DNA of 58,302 nt from an uncultured virus (IMG/VR IMGVR_UViG_3300021387_000062) (lineage: Duplodnaviria; Heunggongvirae; Uroviricota; Caudoviricetes): the IMG/VR virus record IMGVR_UViG_3300021387_000062, one strand, 5' to 3'. Under the pieces are notes generated by a model. That model made no database searches and was not told the origin of the DNA. It saw nothing but the letters and a program-made list of their open reading frames with translations. Each line of letters opens with the position of its first letter. Position 1 is the stretch's first letter. Below are positions 10,392-18,223 of this stretch, one piece after another. The translations under genes and the position numbers were made by a program.

Positions 10392-10436
10392 CTCATTTTC
10401 TATATATATTATATCACTATTTTTAAAAAATTGCAA
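10392..10436 (-). promoter_or_regulatory. example of a recurrent strong promoter TTGHNW-17-TATAAT-ATATATAGAAAATRAGAAAGG (similar near 11.6, 14.2, 19.1, 20.65, 23.3, 24.7, 27.55, 29.7, 33.65 kb)
   Basis: TTGCAA, 17 bp, TATAAT, then conserved leader and RBS. Confidence 0.8.
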
Positions 10437-10479
10437 ATTTAAAAGAGAAAAAGTAATATACTTTTTCTCTTTAATCCTA

Positions 10480-10707
10480 TTAATATTCGTTTTCTTTAAG
10501 TACAGCTTTCACGCAACCAGACGGAATTTCAATAATTGGATCGCCATTTACTCCTCCAATCTCTATCATCTTAATGGAGTTAATCCATTCGAAACGACCC
10601 GTAATCTTCTGAGTTGCATCATTCCAATCTTCAGCAACAACAATTAAATGAGTAATTATGTCTTCATCTTTCAGCTCGTTATACCAATTAACAGTTACAT
10701 AAAACAT
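10480..10707 (-). CDS. hypothetical protein
   Basis: ORF, translationally coupled to upstream gene. Confidence 0.6.
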   Translation of the reverse strand: MFYVTVNWYNELKDEDIITHLIVVAEDWNDATQKITGRFEWINSIKMIEIGGVNGDPIIEIPSGCVKAVLKENEY

Positions 10708-10928
10708 TAATCGTTCTCTCCTTCCTCTTCAATATTATGACGTTCCCAAACATAATCCATAATCTTTGACGGCGCGCCTTCGATGGGAAGATGCCAAGGA
10801 GTAGCAATACCGCTTACATACAACTCAATCGAATCTGATTTCTTAGAACTTACTGTCGCCACAATATTATCCGCGCGCACTCTAAGTTTTGCGTTACCAG
10901 GCAGTTTAAAAGACTTATAATTAATCAT
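10707..10928 (-). CDS. hypothetical protein
   Basis: ORF with RBS AAGGAG. Confidence 0.6.
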   Translation of the reverse strand: MINYKSFKLPGNAKLRVRADNIVATVSSKKSDSIELYVSGIATPWHLPIEGAPSKIMDYVWERHNIEEEGEND

Positions 10929-11318
10929 CTTTATTCTCCTTTAATTAATAATTCAAATCTTCTTAGCAGGCAAACAATCTAGCATTATCTATATAGTTTC
11001 TATCTGCTTGCCAATCTCTTTATACTACTCAGATTCTTCTACATACTACCGTTGAAAAAGTTCAAGATCACAAATATATTTTCTTATTAGATCACATGAA
11101 ATAACAGTTCTTACCATTGTTTTTCCTTTCTTAAATATCCCAAGTACCTGGAGCACCATATGGACTTACATCATTCCAATGAGTATCTACGAGAACGTCG
11201 CAGATCTTTTCAAAAGGACAATCGTCACAATCTTTCTTCGTGGAATCTTCATTACATGCTTCTTGAATAAGTTTTATACCTTGCCGCATTTTCTCTTTCC
11301 AATCCATTTTTATTCTCC

Positions 11319-11540
11319 TTAATCTTCAAAACTACAGACTTGGACAGATCCAAAATCTTCAATCTGATAAAATTCATTCATCTCTTTAAAAGCTTCCTGA
11401 ATATATTCATCAGAAGCATCACTACGACAATTCAGGAACTTTTGCCAGAAAAAGGAAAAAGCCTTATCTTTATCTTTAAAATACCAAAGACCACCATATC
11501 CATTATCATATTCAACAGCATAAAATTCATTACTCTGCAT
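11319..11540 (-). CDS. hypothetical protein
   Basis: ORF behind promoter and RBS. Confidence 0.6.
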   Translation of the reverse strand: MQSNEFYAVEYDNGYGGLWYFKDKDKAFSFFWQKFLNCRSDASDEYIQEAFKEMNEFYQIEDFGSVQVCSFED

Positions 11541-11655
11541 TGATTTGCCCCTTTCTCATTTTCTATATATATTATACTATAAATTTTTTAAAAAGTCAAA
11601 TATAAAAATAGAGAAGATATATTACATATCTTCTCTATTTCCTATTATTCAGATC

Positions 11656-13194
11656 TTACTTAATGCAAGCATATCGCTCACTATTAAGCTTATCCATCAT
11701 CAGATCATATCCAGTTTTACCTTTCATGATCATCTCAAAGATAACCGGACTGAATCCACTCACAAGAGTAACTCCATCCTTTACTGTCATTGGAACATTA
11801 TCATGACGAGCATTAACATTCCAATACACAAGGTGAGGCATCTCATATCCATGAGCTTCCCACTTATCTCTAATGTTTTCCATCAGAGTATTATCTCTGC
11901 GGCCATAATACCCGCGCTGACTATCAAACTCCATATCAGAGATGATAACAAGAGACTTAGGAAGATCAGCCTGAGAGCAACGATTTTTAATTGCTGTATT
12001 AAGCAGCATATCAAAAGTCGCTTCAATATTGGTGTTTTCGCAAAGATTTGTCTGATAGATTCTCCAAACCTTATCAACAAAATCCACACCAACTGTCTCA
12101 ATCAACTGAGGATGAGAGCTAAAGCTCACATAGTGACCAGCAAAAGGACCACGTGCACGCTCTGCGGCATACAGACCAAGAGAAATTGCTACATTAATGG
12201 GCGCGCTCGCTTCGGTTCCCCACATAGAACCAGAAGTATCCACAACGCAAAGAGCATCGAGAGAACATCCATTAAAGTAATCCTTCAGATTGTCCCAATA
12301 CTTGTTAATCGCGGCCCGCTCAGTAGAATCTACCCCAGTAAGTTCTGAAATATTCGTACGATTCCAGCCCCACCCGCGGTGAACATTACGAGTAAGATTA
12401 TAAGCCTTTGCTACCACTTCGTAAGGATAAAGATCCTTGGCGTTAACCGTAGTCTTTTCATCCTTTACGAAATTCTCATAAGATACCACGTTCTTCTCGC
12501 TCTTCATGCGCTCAATATCATGCCGCGCGAACGCATTACGATAGATAAAACCAGCCTTAGAAGGAATCTTATCAAACTCGATCTCATCCCACTTGCCGGC
12601 GCTCATAAGACACTCAACTACATTGATGCGCGCCCGCAGAGCAGACAACATCTTACGATACTGGCGATGATTCAGGCCAAAAGCAGCACGAGTTTTATTG
12701 GCGAGCATACGAGACTCTTCACTAGAAGTATTCTCAGACTTCAGCCACTTTGCCAGCAGAGAAGGAGTCTTACAAGTAATGTCGAGCTTCATCTGCTCTT
12801 CCATCATCTTGAAAGCATCTCGCTCAAGCTTGGTGCCGACGAACACATACAAATCGTCCCAGCGCCCAAACTCAGGCACATACTGAAGATTGCGCCGCAT
12901 TGCTTCAGTTTCATGCGCGGCCAGCCACTTGGTCACAACGCGGAAGAATCTGCGCTCACCCTGCCCGCCACGAATATCACGCAGATAAAACAGACACTTC
13001 AGCGCATAAGTAGGATCTTCGGCAAATGCCTTCTGAAACAACACAATGCAGTCATTGTCACTACGAGAGCGATAAGCCGCGCCAAGTCCAAACAGATCGA
13101 GCAGTCCAGACATTGAAGACTTATGTGTCAGCGCGCCATTTTCAGTATAGGTATAATTAGTTGCAGACTTCATTCCATTAAGAAAATTATTCAT
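11656..13194 (-). CDS. DUF2828-family protein (TROVE/Ro60-like helical domain + vWA)
   Basis: TENGA, YLRDIRGGQGERRFF, EFGRWDDL, LLAKWL; vWA MIDAS DTSGSM and ISDMEFD. Confidence 0.85.
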   Translation of the reverse strand: MNNFLNGMKSATNYTYTENGALTHKSSMSGLLDLFGLGAAYRSRSDNDCIVLFQKAFAEDPTYALKCLFYLRDIRGGQGERRFFRVVTKWLAAHETEAMRRNLQYVPEFGRWDDLYVFVGTKLERDAFKMMEEQMKLDITCKTPSLLAKWLKSENTSSEESRMLANKTRAAFGLNHRQYRKMLSALRARINVVECLMSAGKWDEIEFDKIPSKAGFIYRNAFARHDIERMKSEKNVVSYENFVKDEKTTVNAKDLYPYEVVAKAYNLTRNVHRGWGWNRTNISELTGVDSTERAAINKYWDNLKDYFNGCSLDALCVVDTSGSMWGTEASAPINVAISLGLYAAERARGPFAGHYVSFSSHPQLIETVGVDFVDKVWRIYQTNLCENTNIEATFDMLLNTAIKNRCSQADLPKSLVIISDMEFDSQRGYYGRRDNTLMENIRDKWEAHGYEMPHLVYWNVNARHDNVPMTVKDGVTLVSGFSPVIFEMIMKGKTGYDLMMDKLNSERYACIK

Positions 13195-13807
13195 ATTCCT
13201 TTATCTCCTTTATATCTTGGCCTTTAACAAGGCTGTAGTTATTTCCTTTTAATTCCTAAAAATGTCCTAATAAGTTCTTACTTTCTAAGCTCCGCTTGCG
13301 CTACTTAGACCTATTTCCCTCAGTTTGTATCCAACCCTCAGAACTCATTAGTAAGATTGATATAGTTTCCTGTCATTCTCCAGCTCTAGTTCTGCTGTAA
13401 TCGCACCCCTATCACAATCATCTGGGCGGAACAATCTCTTTTGGTATAACTACTTATAATCTATCTTCATTATACCGTCATTAATAATTAATAACCCAAT
13501 TCTCATTATCCTAGCATTTTGAGAATCTTCGTCGTGGTTTTGTTAACTTTGTCCACGAAAGACCGAGACTTAACTCGTAATATCACCGGCCATTTCCAAG
13601 AGAAATAGTAACTGAATTGATACACATTACTTCATAATACAGAATTTTGCGCTTAAATACAATCTTCCACCAAGGTTTTATTTCATAATACGTTTTTATT
13701 AAGAGGAAACAATCTGTTTGAAGAACTCTATCAAGATCTTCTTTTGTGTTGATGCGATAAGTACATCCAGCTATGCAATGTGTATCTTTCATTATTATTT
13801 CTCCTTT

Positions 13808-13881
13808 TGGCAGCGCTGGCAGGGCTCGAACCTACAACAATGGAGTCAAAGTCCAGTGTGTTACCGTTACACTACAGCGCT
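13808..13881 (-). tRNA. tRNA-Gln(UUG)
   Basis: Cloverleaf, anticodon loop CTTTGAC, encoded CCA. Confidence 0.93.
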
Positions 13882-13888
13882 ATAAAAA

Positions 13889-14003
13889 CTAGACACATTT
13901 AAAATTCTTACGCTCTACCTACTAAGCTACTTGCCAAAACGGCGAGACGGGAGTTGAACCCGCGACATTAAGATCCCTCTTAATATTTGCTGTATGTGTC
14001 TTT
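13889..14003 (-). ncRNA. Y-RNA-like ncRNA A with permuted tRNA-like domain (T arm, closed acceptor hairpin, D arm)
   Basis: AGACACA-TACAGCAAA...GGGTTCAACTCCC...TAGCTTAGTAGGTAGAGC...TGTGTCT. Confidence 0.75.
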
Positions 14004-14004
14004 A

Positions 14005-14080
14005 TGGTCCGAGTAGCTGGTCCTGCCCCAGCGGCCTCGCGGTCCCAGGCCGCGCGCTCTGCTAACTGAGCTATACCCGG
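14005..14080 (-). tRNA. tRNA-Pro(UGG), atypical T-loop
   Basis: Anticodon loop CCTGGGA; T-loop GGCAGGA; CCA. Confidence 0.88.
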
Positions 14081-14086
14081 ATAAAA

Positions 14087-14158
14087 CGAGACACTTAACA
14101 TATTTTTCAGAATTAAAGGTTCAGATAAGATGTTAAAATATTTGCTGTTTGTGTCTCT
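14087..14158 (-). ncRNA. ACAGCAA-family ncRNA B (short hairpin form)
   Basis: GAGACAC-AAACAGCAAA...GTGTCTC directly after a promoter. Confidence 0.65.
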
Positions 14159-14205
14159 CAACTTTCTATATATATTATACTATAAATTTACAAAAAAATC
14201 AAATT

Positions 14206-14472
14206 TTACGTATCAACTATTTCATAAGTTTCTTTGAATATATCTTCCTTACAAGGATAAAACTCACCATGAACTCCTTTAATAATATAGTCCCCAATAG
14301 TAGCCTTATGATCACCTTCAAGAGTGTGGATTGTTAAAGTGTAATATGAACCCATATCATAAATATCATGAGCCGTGTCAGCACAAAAAGTCATCATTTC
14401 TTCGGGATTATGTCCAGTCCATTGGCATACTTCAACTATTACTGGCTTCTTTTGCGCTTTTAATACCATGTA
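14206..14472 (-). CDS. conserved hypothetical phage protein
   Basis: TLEG...GDYIIKGVHGEFYPCKEDIF motif. Confidence 0.75.
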   Translation of the reverse strand, partial: YMVLKAQKKPVIVEVCQWTGHNPEEMMTFCADTAHDIYDMGSYYTLTIHTLEGDHKATIGDYIIKGVHGEFYPCKEDIFKETYEIVDT

Positions 14473-14479
14473 ATTCTCC

Positions 14480-14818
14480 TTAATCAATTTTCTTCACATA
14501 TGCTAAATCTTTATCCTTCATCGGAATAGCAATAAATTGAATATTTGTCTCTAAACTTCTATTAACGGGAAAACTCATTAACTTATTACTACGGGTAGAT
14601 GTTGCATAAACTGTATCTTCATTCATTTCAAATGCCGCAGTTTGTGGCAAAACCTTTTGAGTAATTATTGTCCCATGTTGTTTAATTGAAAGAAATAATG
14701 GAGTTTGATTATCAAAATCAATCATTGAAAGATCAAGATATAAAGTGTCGCAATAAGGACACTTATATTCATTTATATCATACGGTGCACCGCAGTTAGG
14801 ACAATTACGACTTTTCAT
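14480..14818 (-). CDS. Zn-ribbon hypothetical protein
   Basis: CPNCGA...CPYC. Confidence 0.65.
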   Translation of the reverse strand: MKSRNCPNCGAPYDINEYKCPYCDTLYLDLSMIDFDNQTPLFLSIKQHGTIITQKVLPQTAAFEMNEDTVYATSTRSNKLMSFPVNRSLETNIQFIAIPMKDKDLAYVKKID

Positions 14819-14819
14819 T

Positions 14820-15134
14820 TTATCCAATTGCAAATGATGCATAATGCTTTACTTCTTCTGGTTCTCGACCCATTGGAAAATATGAATCCATTGTTTGATT
14901 ATAAATAAAAAATTGTCTACCCTCTTCAAAATCATACCCCGAAATACCCTCATGATATGCTTCAAGAACAGCATAATCGTAACAATGTTCCCAAAGATCT
15001 GTACGATTTTCTATTAAAGTTTTAAGAGCATCCTCTTTGTTAGAATAAAATCCCCAAGTACGAGAGCCTTTAATCCCATATCTAGAATCAAAATCCTCAA
15101 AAACTGTAATAAACCAATAAACTTTATCTTCCAT
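14820..15134 (-). CDS. hypothetical protein
   Basis: RBS AGGAG before MEDKVY. Confidence 0.6.
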   Translation of the reverse strand: MEDKVYWFITVFEDFDSRYGIKGSRTWGFYSNKEDALKTLIENRTDLWEHCYDYAVLEAYHEGISGYDFEEGRQFFIYNQTMDSYFPMGREPEEVKHYASFAIG

Positions 15135-15295
15135 AATAACTCCTAATATTAAAGCTGGCTTATGCACCATGATCTGTGGCATCGGAACCAGTACCATTAC
15201 ATTTGTGCAGGCACAAACTTTTCTGGAAAGGCTAATCCTTTTACGCATAATTTAACTAGTAATAATTATAGTTAATTATTTATTCCTCACTTACT

Positions 15296-15369
15296 TGGAG
15301 CGCCAAGAGGTAATCGAAACCTCACCAACAGATTGGAAGTCTGTGATACTACCTTTATACTACTGGCGC
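15296..15369 (-). tRNA. tRNA-Gly(UCC)
   Basis: Loop CTTCCAA, U73, CCA. Confidence 0.92.
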
Positions 15370-15535
15370 ATATTTATTATACTCTGGTTAAGAGTGCCAG
15401 ATTTCTACTGCTCTACCCCAATCCACATAGGGCGTGCTTACATACAGTCAGACTTTCGCGCGATAATCCTCAATACTGATATACTGGTAAAGATTCGCGA
15501 CTTCTTTTTTCATATATCATTTACACTAACTCTTA

Positions 15536-15611
15536 TGGCACGACCGTTAGGACTCGAACCTAAATCTAATAGTTTTGGAGACTATTGTGTTACCAATTAC
15601 ACCACGTCCGC
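15536..15611 (-). tRNA. tRNA-Trp(CCA)
   Basis: Loop CTCCAAA, G73, CCA. Confidence 0.92.
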
Positions 15612-15614
15612 ATA

Positions 15615-15698
15615 TGGAGCCGGAAGTGAGATTCGAACTCACGAAGCTTGCGCGACGGCTTACAAAACCGTTCCAATTGGCCACTATGGGATTCCGGC
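15615..15698 (-). tRNA. tRNA with Thr anticodon (UGU) and enlarged variable arm
   Basis: ACGGT-TTTGTAA-GCCGT; 12-nt variable region CGCGCAAGCTTC. Confidence 0.85.
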
Positions 15699-15707
15699 TT
15701 ATTTAAA

Positions 15708-15795
15708 TGGCGCCGCCGCGAGGATTCGAACCCCGATAGACTTTCACCTACTCATGGCTTTCAAGGCCAGGCCCTTACCATTAGGGTACGACGGC
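15708..15795 (-). tRNA. tRNA-Ser(UGA)
   Basis: Loop CTTGAAA, long V arm, G73. Confidence 0.9.
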
Positions 15796-15800
15796 AAATA

Positions 15801-15870
15801 AAAGAGTTCCGTGCTTACCATTACACTAATTCAACCGGTATTACTGGTACTGACCCAGTCTTGAACTCTG
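15801..15870 (-). ncRNA. minimal permuted tRNA-like RNA
   Basis: AGAGTTC/GAACTCT closing stem, ACTGG-7nt-CCAGT arm, then D-arm TAGTGTAATGGTAAGCAC. Confidence 0.5.
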
Positions 15871-15962
15871 TGGCGCCCGCGGTGTGTGCCGACCACACTC
15901 AAGCATTACTGCTCCTAACTCCTTAGCAGAGAGTCCCCTTTGCCAACATTGGGTACACGGGC
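15871..15962 (-). tRNA. tRNA-Ser(GCU), atypical T-loop
   Basis: Loop CTGCTAA, long V arm, T-loop GTCGGCA. Confidence 0.88.
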
Positions 15963-16048
15963 ATAAAGTGAGGACTATTATCTTGCCCGTCCTCTTGTTG
16001 GGTGAGTAGACTTTGGCAGCCGAACCGCCCGGTTATCTACAGCCTCGC

Positions 16049-16201
16049 TGGTGCGCCATCGCGGATTTGAACCGCGGACACCCGCATTAATGGTGCCGAA
16101 CGTGAGATTCGAACTCACAATCTTAGCTTTTTGAGAGCTATCCGTCTACCAATTGCAGCACTTCGGCAAGTGCGGTGCTCTGCCTACTGAGCTAATGGCG
16201 C
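16049..16201 (-). tRNA. split tRNA-Lys(UUU): 5' part 16168-16201 (34 nt), 3' part 16049-16090 (42 nt)
   Basis: Joined halves give a fully paired 76-nt cloverleaf with CCGCA-CTT|TTAA-TGCGG. Confidence 0.9.
16091..16167 (-). tRNA. tRNA-Leu(CAA) with short variable loop, nested inside tRNA-Lys
   Basis: GCCGAAG...TAGCT-CTCAAAA-AGCTA...GTGAG-TTCGAAT-CTCAC-GTTCGGC-A-CCA. Confidence 0.9.
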
Positions 16202-16396
16202 TTATTCAACTCTTTTATCAATCAAGCTCTTAAAACATGTGCCACAAATTTCATAAGTACCTTGATATTTCAGTAAATCATAAACATTTGTCGCTGGATT
16301 AGTAGAATCTATTTTAACAGTAATACTAAACCATACGCCAACTTCTTTTCCACATAAATCGCATCTATGAATCGTCATTTTACTCTCCTTTTATTT

Positions 16397-16483
16397 TGGT
16401 GCACGAGAAGGGTCACGATCCCTCAATCCTTTACAGGCGACAGATTTTAAGTCTGTTGCGTATACCAGTTCCGCCACTCGTGC
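16397..16483 (-). tRNA. tRNA-Leu(UAA)
   Basis: Loop CTTAAAA, long V arm, T-loop ATCGTGA. Confidence 0.9.
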
Positions 16484-16490
16484 ATATTAA

Positions 16491-16618
16491 CAAGACGTAA
16501 TAAGATTTATTCACAGTTTATCAGACTGTTGCCTTACCGTTTGGCTAAATTGGAACACTCCAATTATGGGAATCGAACCCATATCCTTCTTAAAGAAGAG
16601 TTTGCTGTATACGTCTTT
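16491..16618 (-). ncRNA. ACAGCAA-family ncRNA C containing a circularly permuted cloverleaf (GAU loop)
   Basis: AAGACGTA/TACGTCTT stem; T arm, AATTGGA/TCCAATT hairpin, D arm, ACAGT-CTGATAA-ACTGT. Confidence 0.75.
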
Positions 16619-16619
16619 A

Positions 16620-16705
16620 TGGTAGCTCGGGTTGGACTCGCACCAACGATGTTTCTATGTTACGCGTTTACAGCGCGCTGCCCTCGCTACTAGGCATACC
16701 GAGCT
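16620..16705 (-). tRNA. tRNA-Tyr(GUA)
   Basis: Loop CTGTAAA, long V arm, CCA. Confidence 0.9.
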
Positions 16706-16712
16706 ATATAAA

Positions 16713-16797
16713 CAAGACACTAAATCCAGTACAAGCTATTCATGGCGCTTATCGAGGGAATTGAACCCGCGTAAAAGATTGCTGTTAGAGTGTCTTT
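16713..16797 (-). ncRNA. ACAGCAA-family ncRNA D
   Basis: AAGACACT-CTAACAGCAA...GGGTTCAATTCCC...AGTGTCTT. Confidence 0.65.
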
Positions 16798-16921
16798 ATT
16801 TTTATTTAAAATATAGGCTAGGTTTATCACACCATTTACTACAGCTCCTGCTCCTCTACACCTGAGTACTTTAATGTACAATCGGGCTTCGTAGCACCTA
16901 TTTTTATTCTTTTAATCAATA

Positions 16922-17015
16922 CGAGATACAGAAAATTTAAAGGACTTGAACCTTTTCGATAACGTTTTAGCAGAACATTTCTTTAACCATTTTATATTTT
17001 GCTGTATGTATCTCT
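16922..17015 (-). ncRNA. ACAGCAA-family ncRNA E (D-like, anticodon-like GCU and T arms; family stem replaces the acceptor stem)
   Basis: GAGATACA/TGTATCTC stem; AATGTT-CTGCTAA-AACGTT; AAAGG-TTCAAGT-CCTTT. Confidence 0.7.
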
Positions 17016-17016
17016 A

Positions 17017-17092
17017 TGGTGGACCTAGGGAGGTTCGAACTCCCAACTTCCTGCGTGCAAAGCAGACTGTCTCCCAATTGGCATATAGGCCC
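17017..17092 (-). tRNA. tRNA-Ala(UGC)
   Basis: Loop TTTGCAC, G3:U70, CCA. Confidence 0.92.
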
Positions 17093-17289
17093 AAACGTCT
17101 AGCAGTTTTTATATACATAAAATCTGCCAATCTATCAAACAGTTTGTCGTAACTCCGTTGGTACTGTTAAACCTGTCCCACAGCGTTCGTCCCTGACGAA
17201 ACCTTATGTAGCCATATAGACCGCATAAGTCTAGCCCATTAGAAGCTCATACGTCATATCCTGTTAATCAGGCTTTACGTGGGGTTGAA

Positions 17290-17366
17290 TGGCGACTACG
17301 GCGGGCATTGCTCCCGCGACCTCCTGAGTGACAGTCAGGTATTCTTCGTTGCTGAACTACGTAGCC
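17290..17366 (-). tRNA. tRNA-Asp(GUC), atypical T-loop
   Basis: Loop CTGTCAC, T-loop AGCAATG, G73. Confidence 0.88.
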
Positions 17367-17763
17367 ATATGAATCCAGGGTATTTAAACCCGCCCTGGTT
17401 TCGGTATTAAAACATTGTTGAGGTATTAGATCAGGATTACTCCAACGGCCGCCCCAACTACACGACCTCGACTGTTTCTACACTTGGCAGATCAGATAAA
17501 AATGAAGGATAGAACACTACTCCTATTTCTATAACTGTCCTTCTCAGCTATAATAAGTTATTTAGAAGCGATTACTTATACCCCGCTGGCTTTTTCGATG
17601 GGCCATAACGATTGCTTTCACAGTCGTGAACTGCCTTTCAATTTATAGTTCAGCGCAATCATCATTCTGAACTCGGTTCCCCATTTCGGTTTTGCTCCCG
17701 CCTAAGCCAAGACACTTTTAGCGTTCTTGTTGCATAATAGTTTCACCATCCCACTATTAAGGC

Positions 17764-17841
17764 TGGCGGCCCAAGAAGGACTCGAACCTTCGCTGACATA
17801 GATTAACAGTCTATCGTTCTAACCAACTGGACTATTGGGCC
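17764..17841 (-). tRNA. tRNA-Asn(GUU)
   Basis: Loop CTGTTAA, G73, CCA. Confidence 0.92.
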
Positions 17842-17847
17842 AAAACA

Positions 17848-18005
17848 CAAGACAGCTAATTCCTTTTGATTACCTAGCTTTCGCCTTAGTGGTGGCTTAC
17901 AAATTAGAATCACTATAAAATAAGCGTTTTCTCATGGCAGTGGATTATTATTCCACTCTTGTTATATTTTCATTCAAGAAAATATTTTGCAGTTCAGCTG
18001 TCTTT
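17848..18005 (-). ncRNA. ACAGCAA-family ncRNA F (variant ACTGCAA)
   Basis: AAGACAGCT/AGCTGTCTT terminal stem just after a promoter. Confidence 0.6.
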
Positions 18006-18065
18006 CTTAACTTTATGTATATATTATATCATTAAATTACACTTTTTTCAAGTTTTTAATCTTAA

Positions 18066-18216
18066 TGGTACTCTAGGTTGGATTCGAACCAACGATCACC
18101 GGATTATTGGCCGAGATAGAGAGTACCGCCCTCTCTTTCAGTGATACTAGACCACCTGCGAAACTATCCGCACCTATCCCGAAGTCCGGCGCTCAAACCA
18201 ACTGAGCTGCTAGAGT
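18066..18216 (-). tRNA. split tRNA-Ile(UAU): 5' part 18182-18216, 3' part 18066-18107 (42 nt)
   Basis: Joined halves: ACTCTAG...CCGGA-CTT|ATAA-TCCGG...GTTGG-TTCGAAT-CCAAC-CTAGAGT-A-CCA. Confidence 0.88.
18108..18181 (-). tRNA. degenerate tRNA-like unit nested inside tRNA-Ile
   Basis: 7-bp acceptor CGGGATA/TATCTCG + G + CCA; D arm TGCG/CGCA; T arm GAGAG-7nt-CTCTC; non-canonical loops. Confidence 0.8.
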
Positions 18217-18223
18217 ATATAAA

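Noticed and set aside
11545..13116. Long + strand ORFs (11545-12348, 12379-13116; also 9749-10426 and 23671-24768)
   Set aside because: Antisense shadows of well-supported - strand genes, with no RBS or recognisable motifs.
15385..15460. Possible degenerate tRNA-His (ends ACCA, GTG within a hairpin)
   Set aside because: I could not build a convincing acceptor stem or T arm.
16091..18181. Anticodon inserts as group I/II introns
   Set aside because: Only 74-77 nt, no catalytic core elements, and they fold as tRNA cloverleaves ending in CCA.
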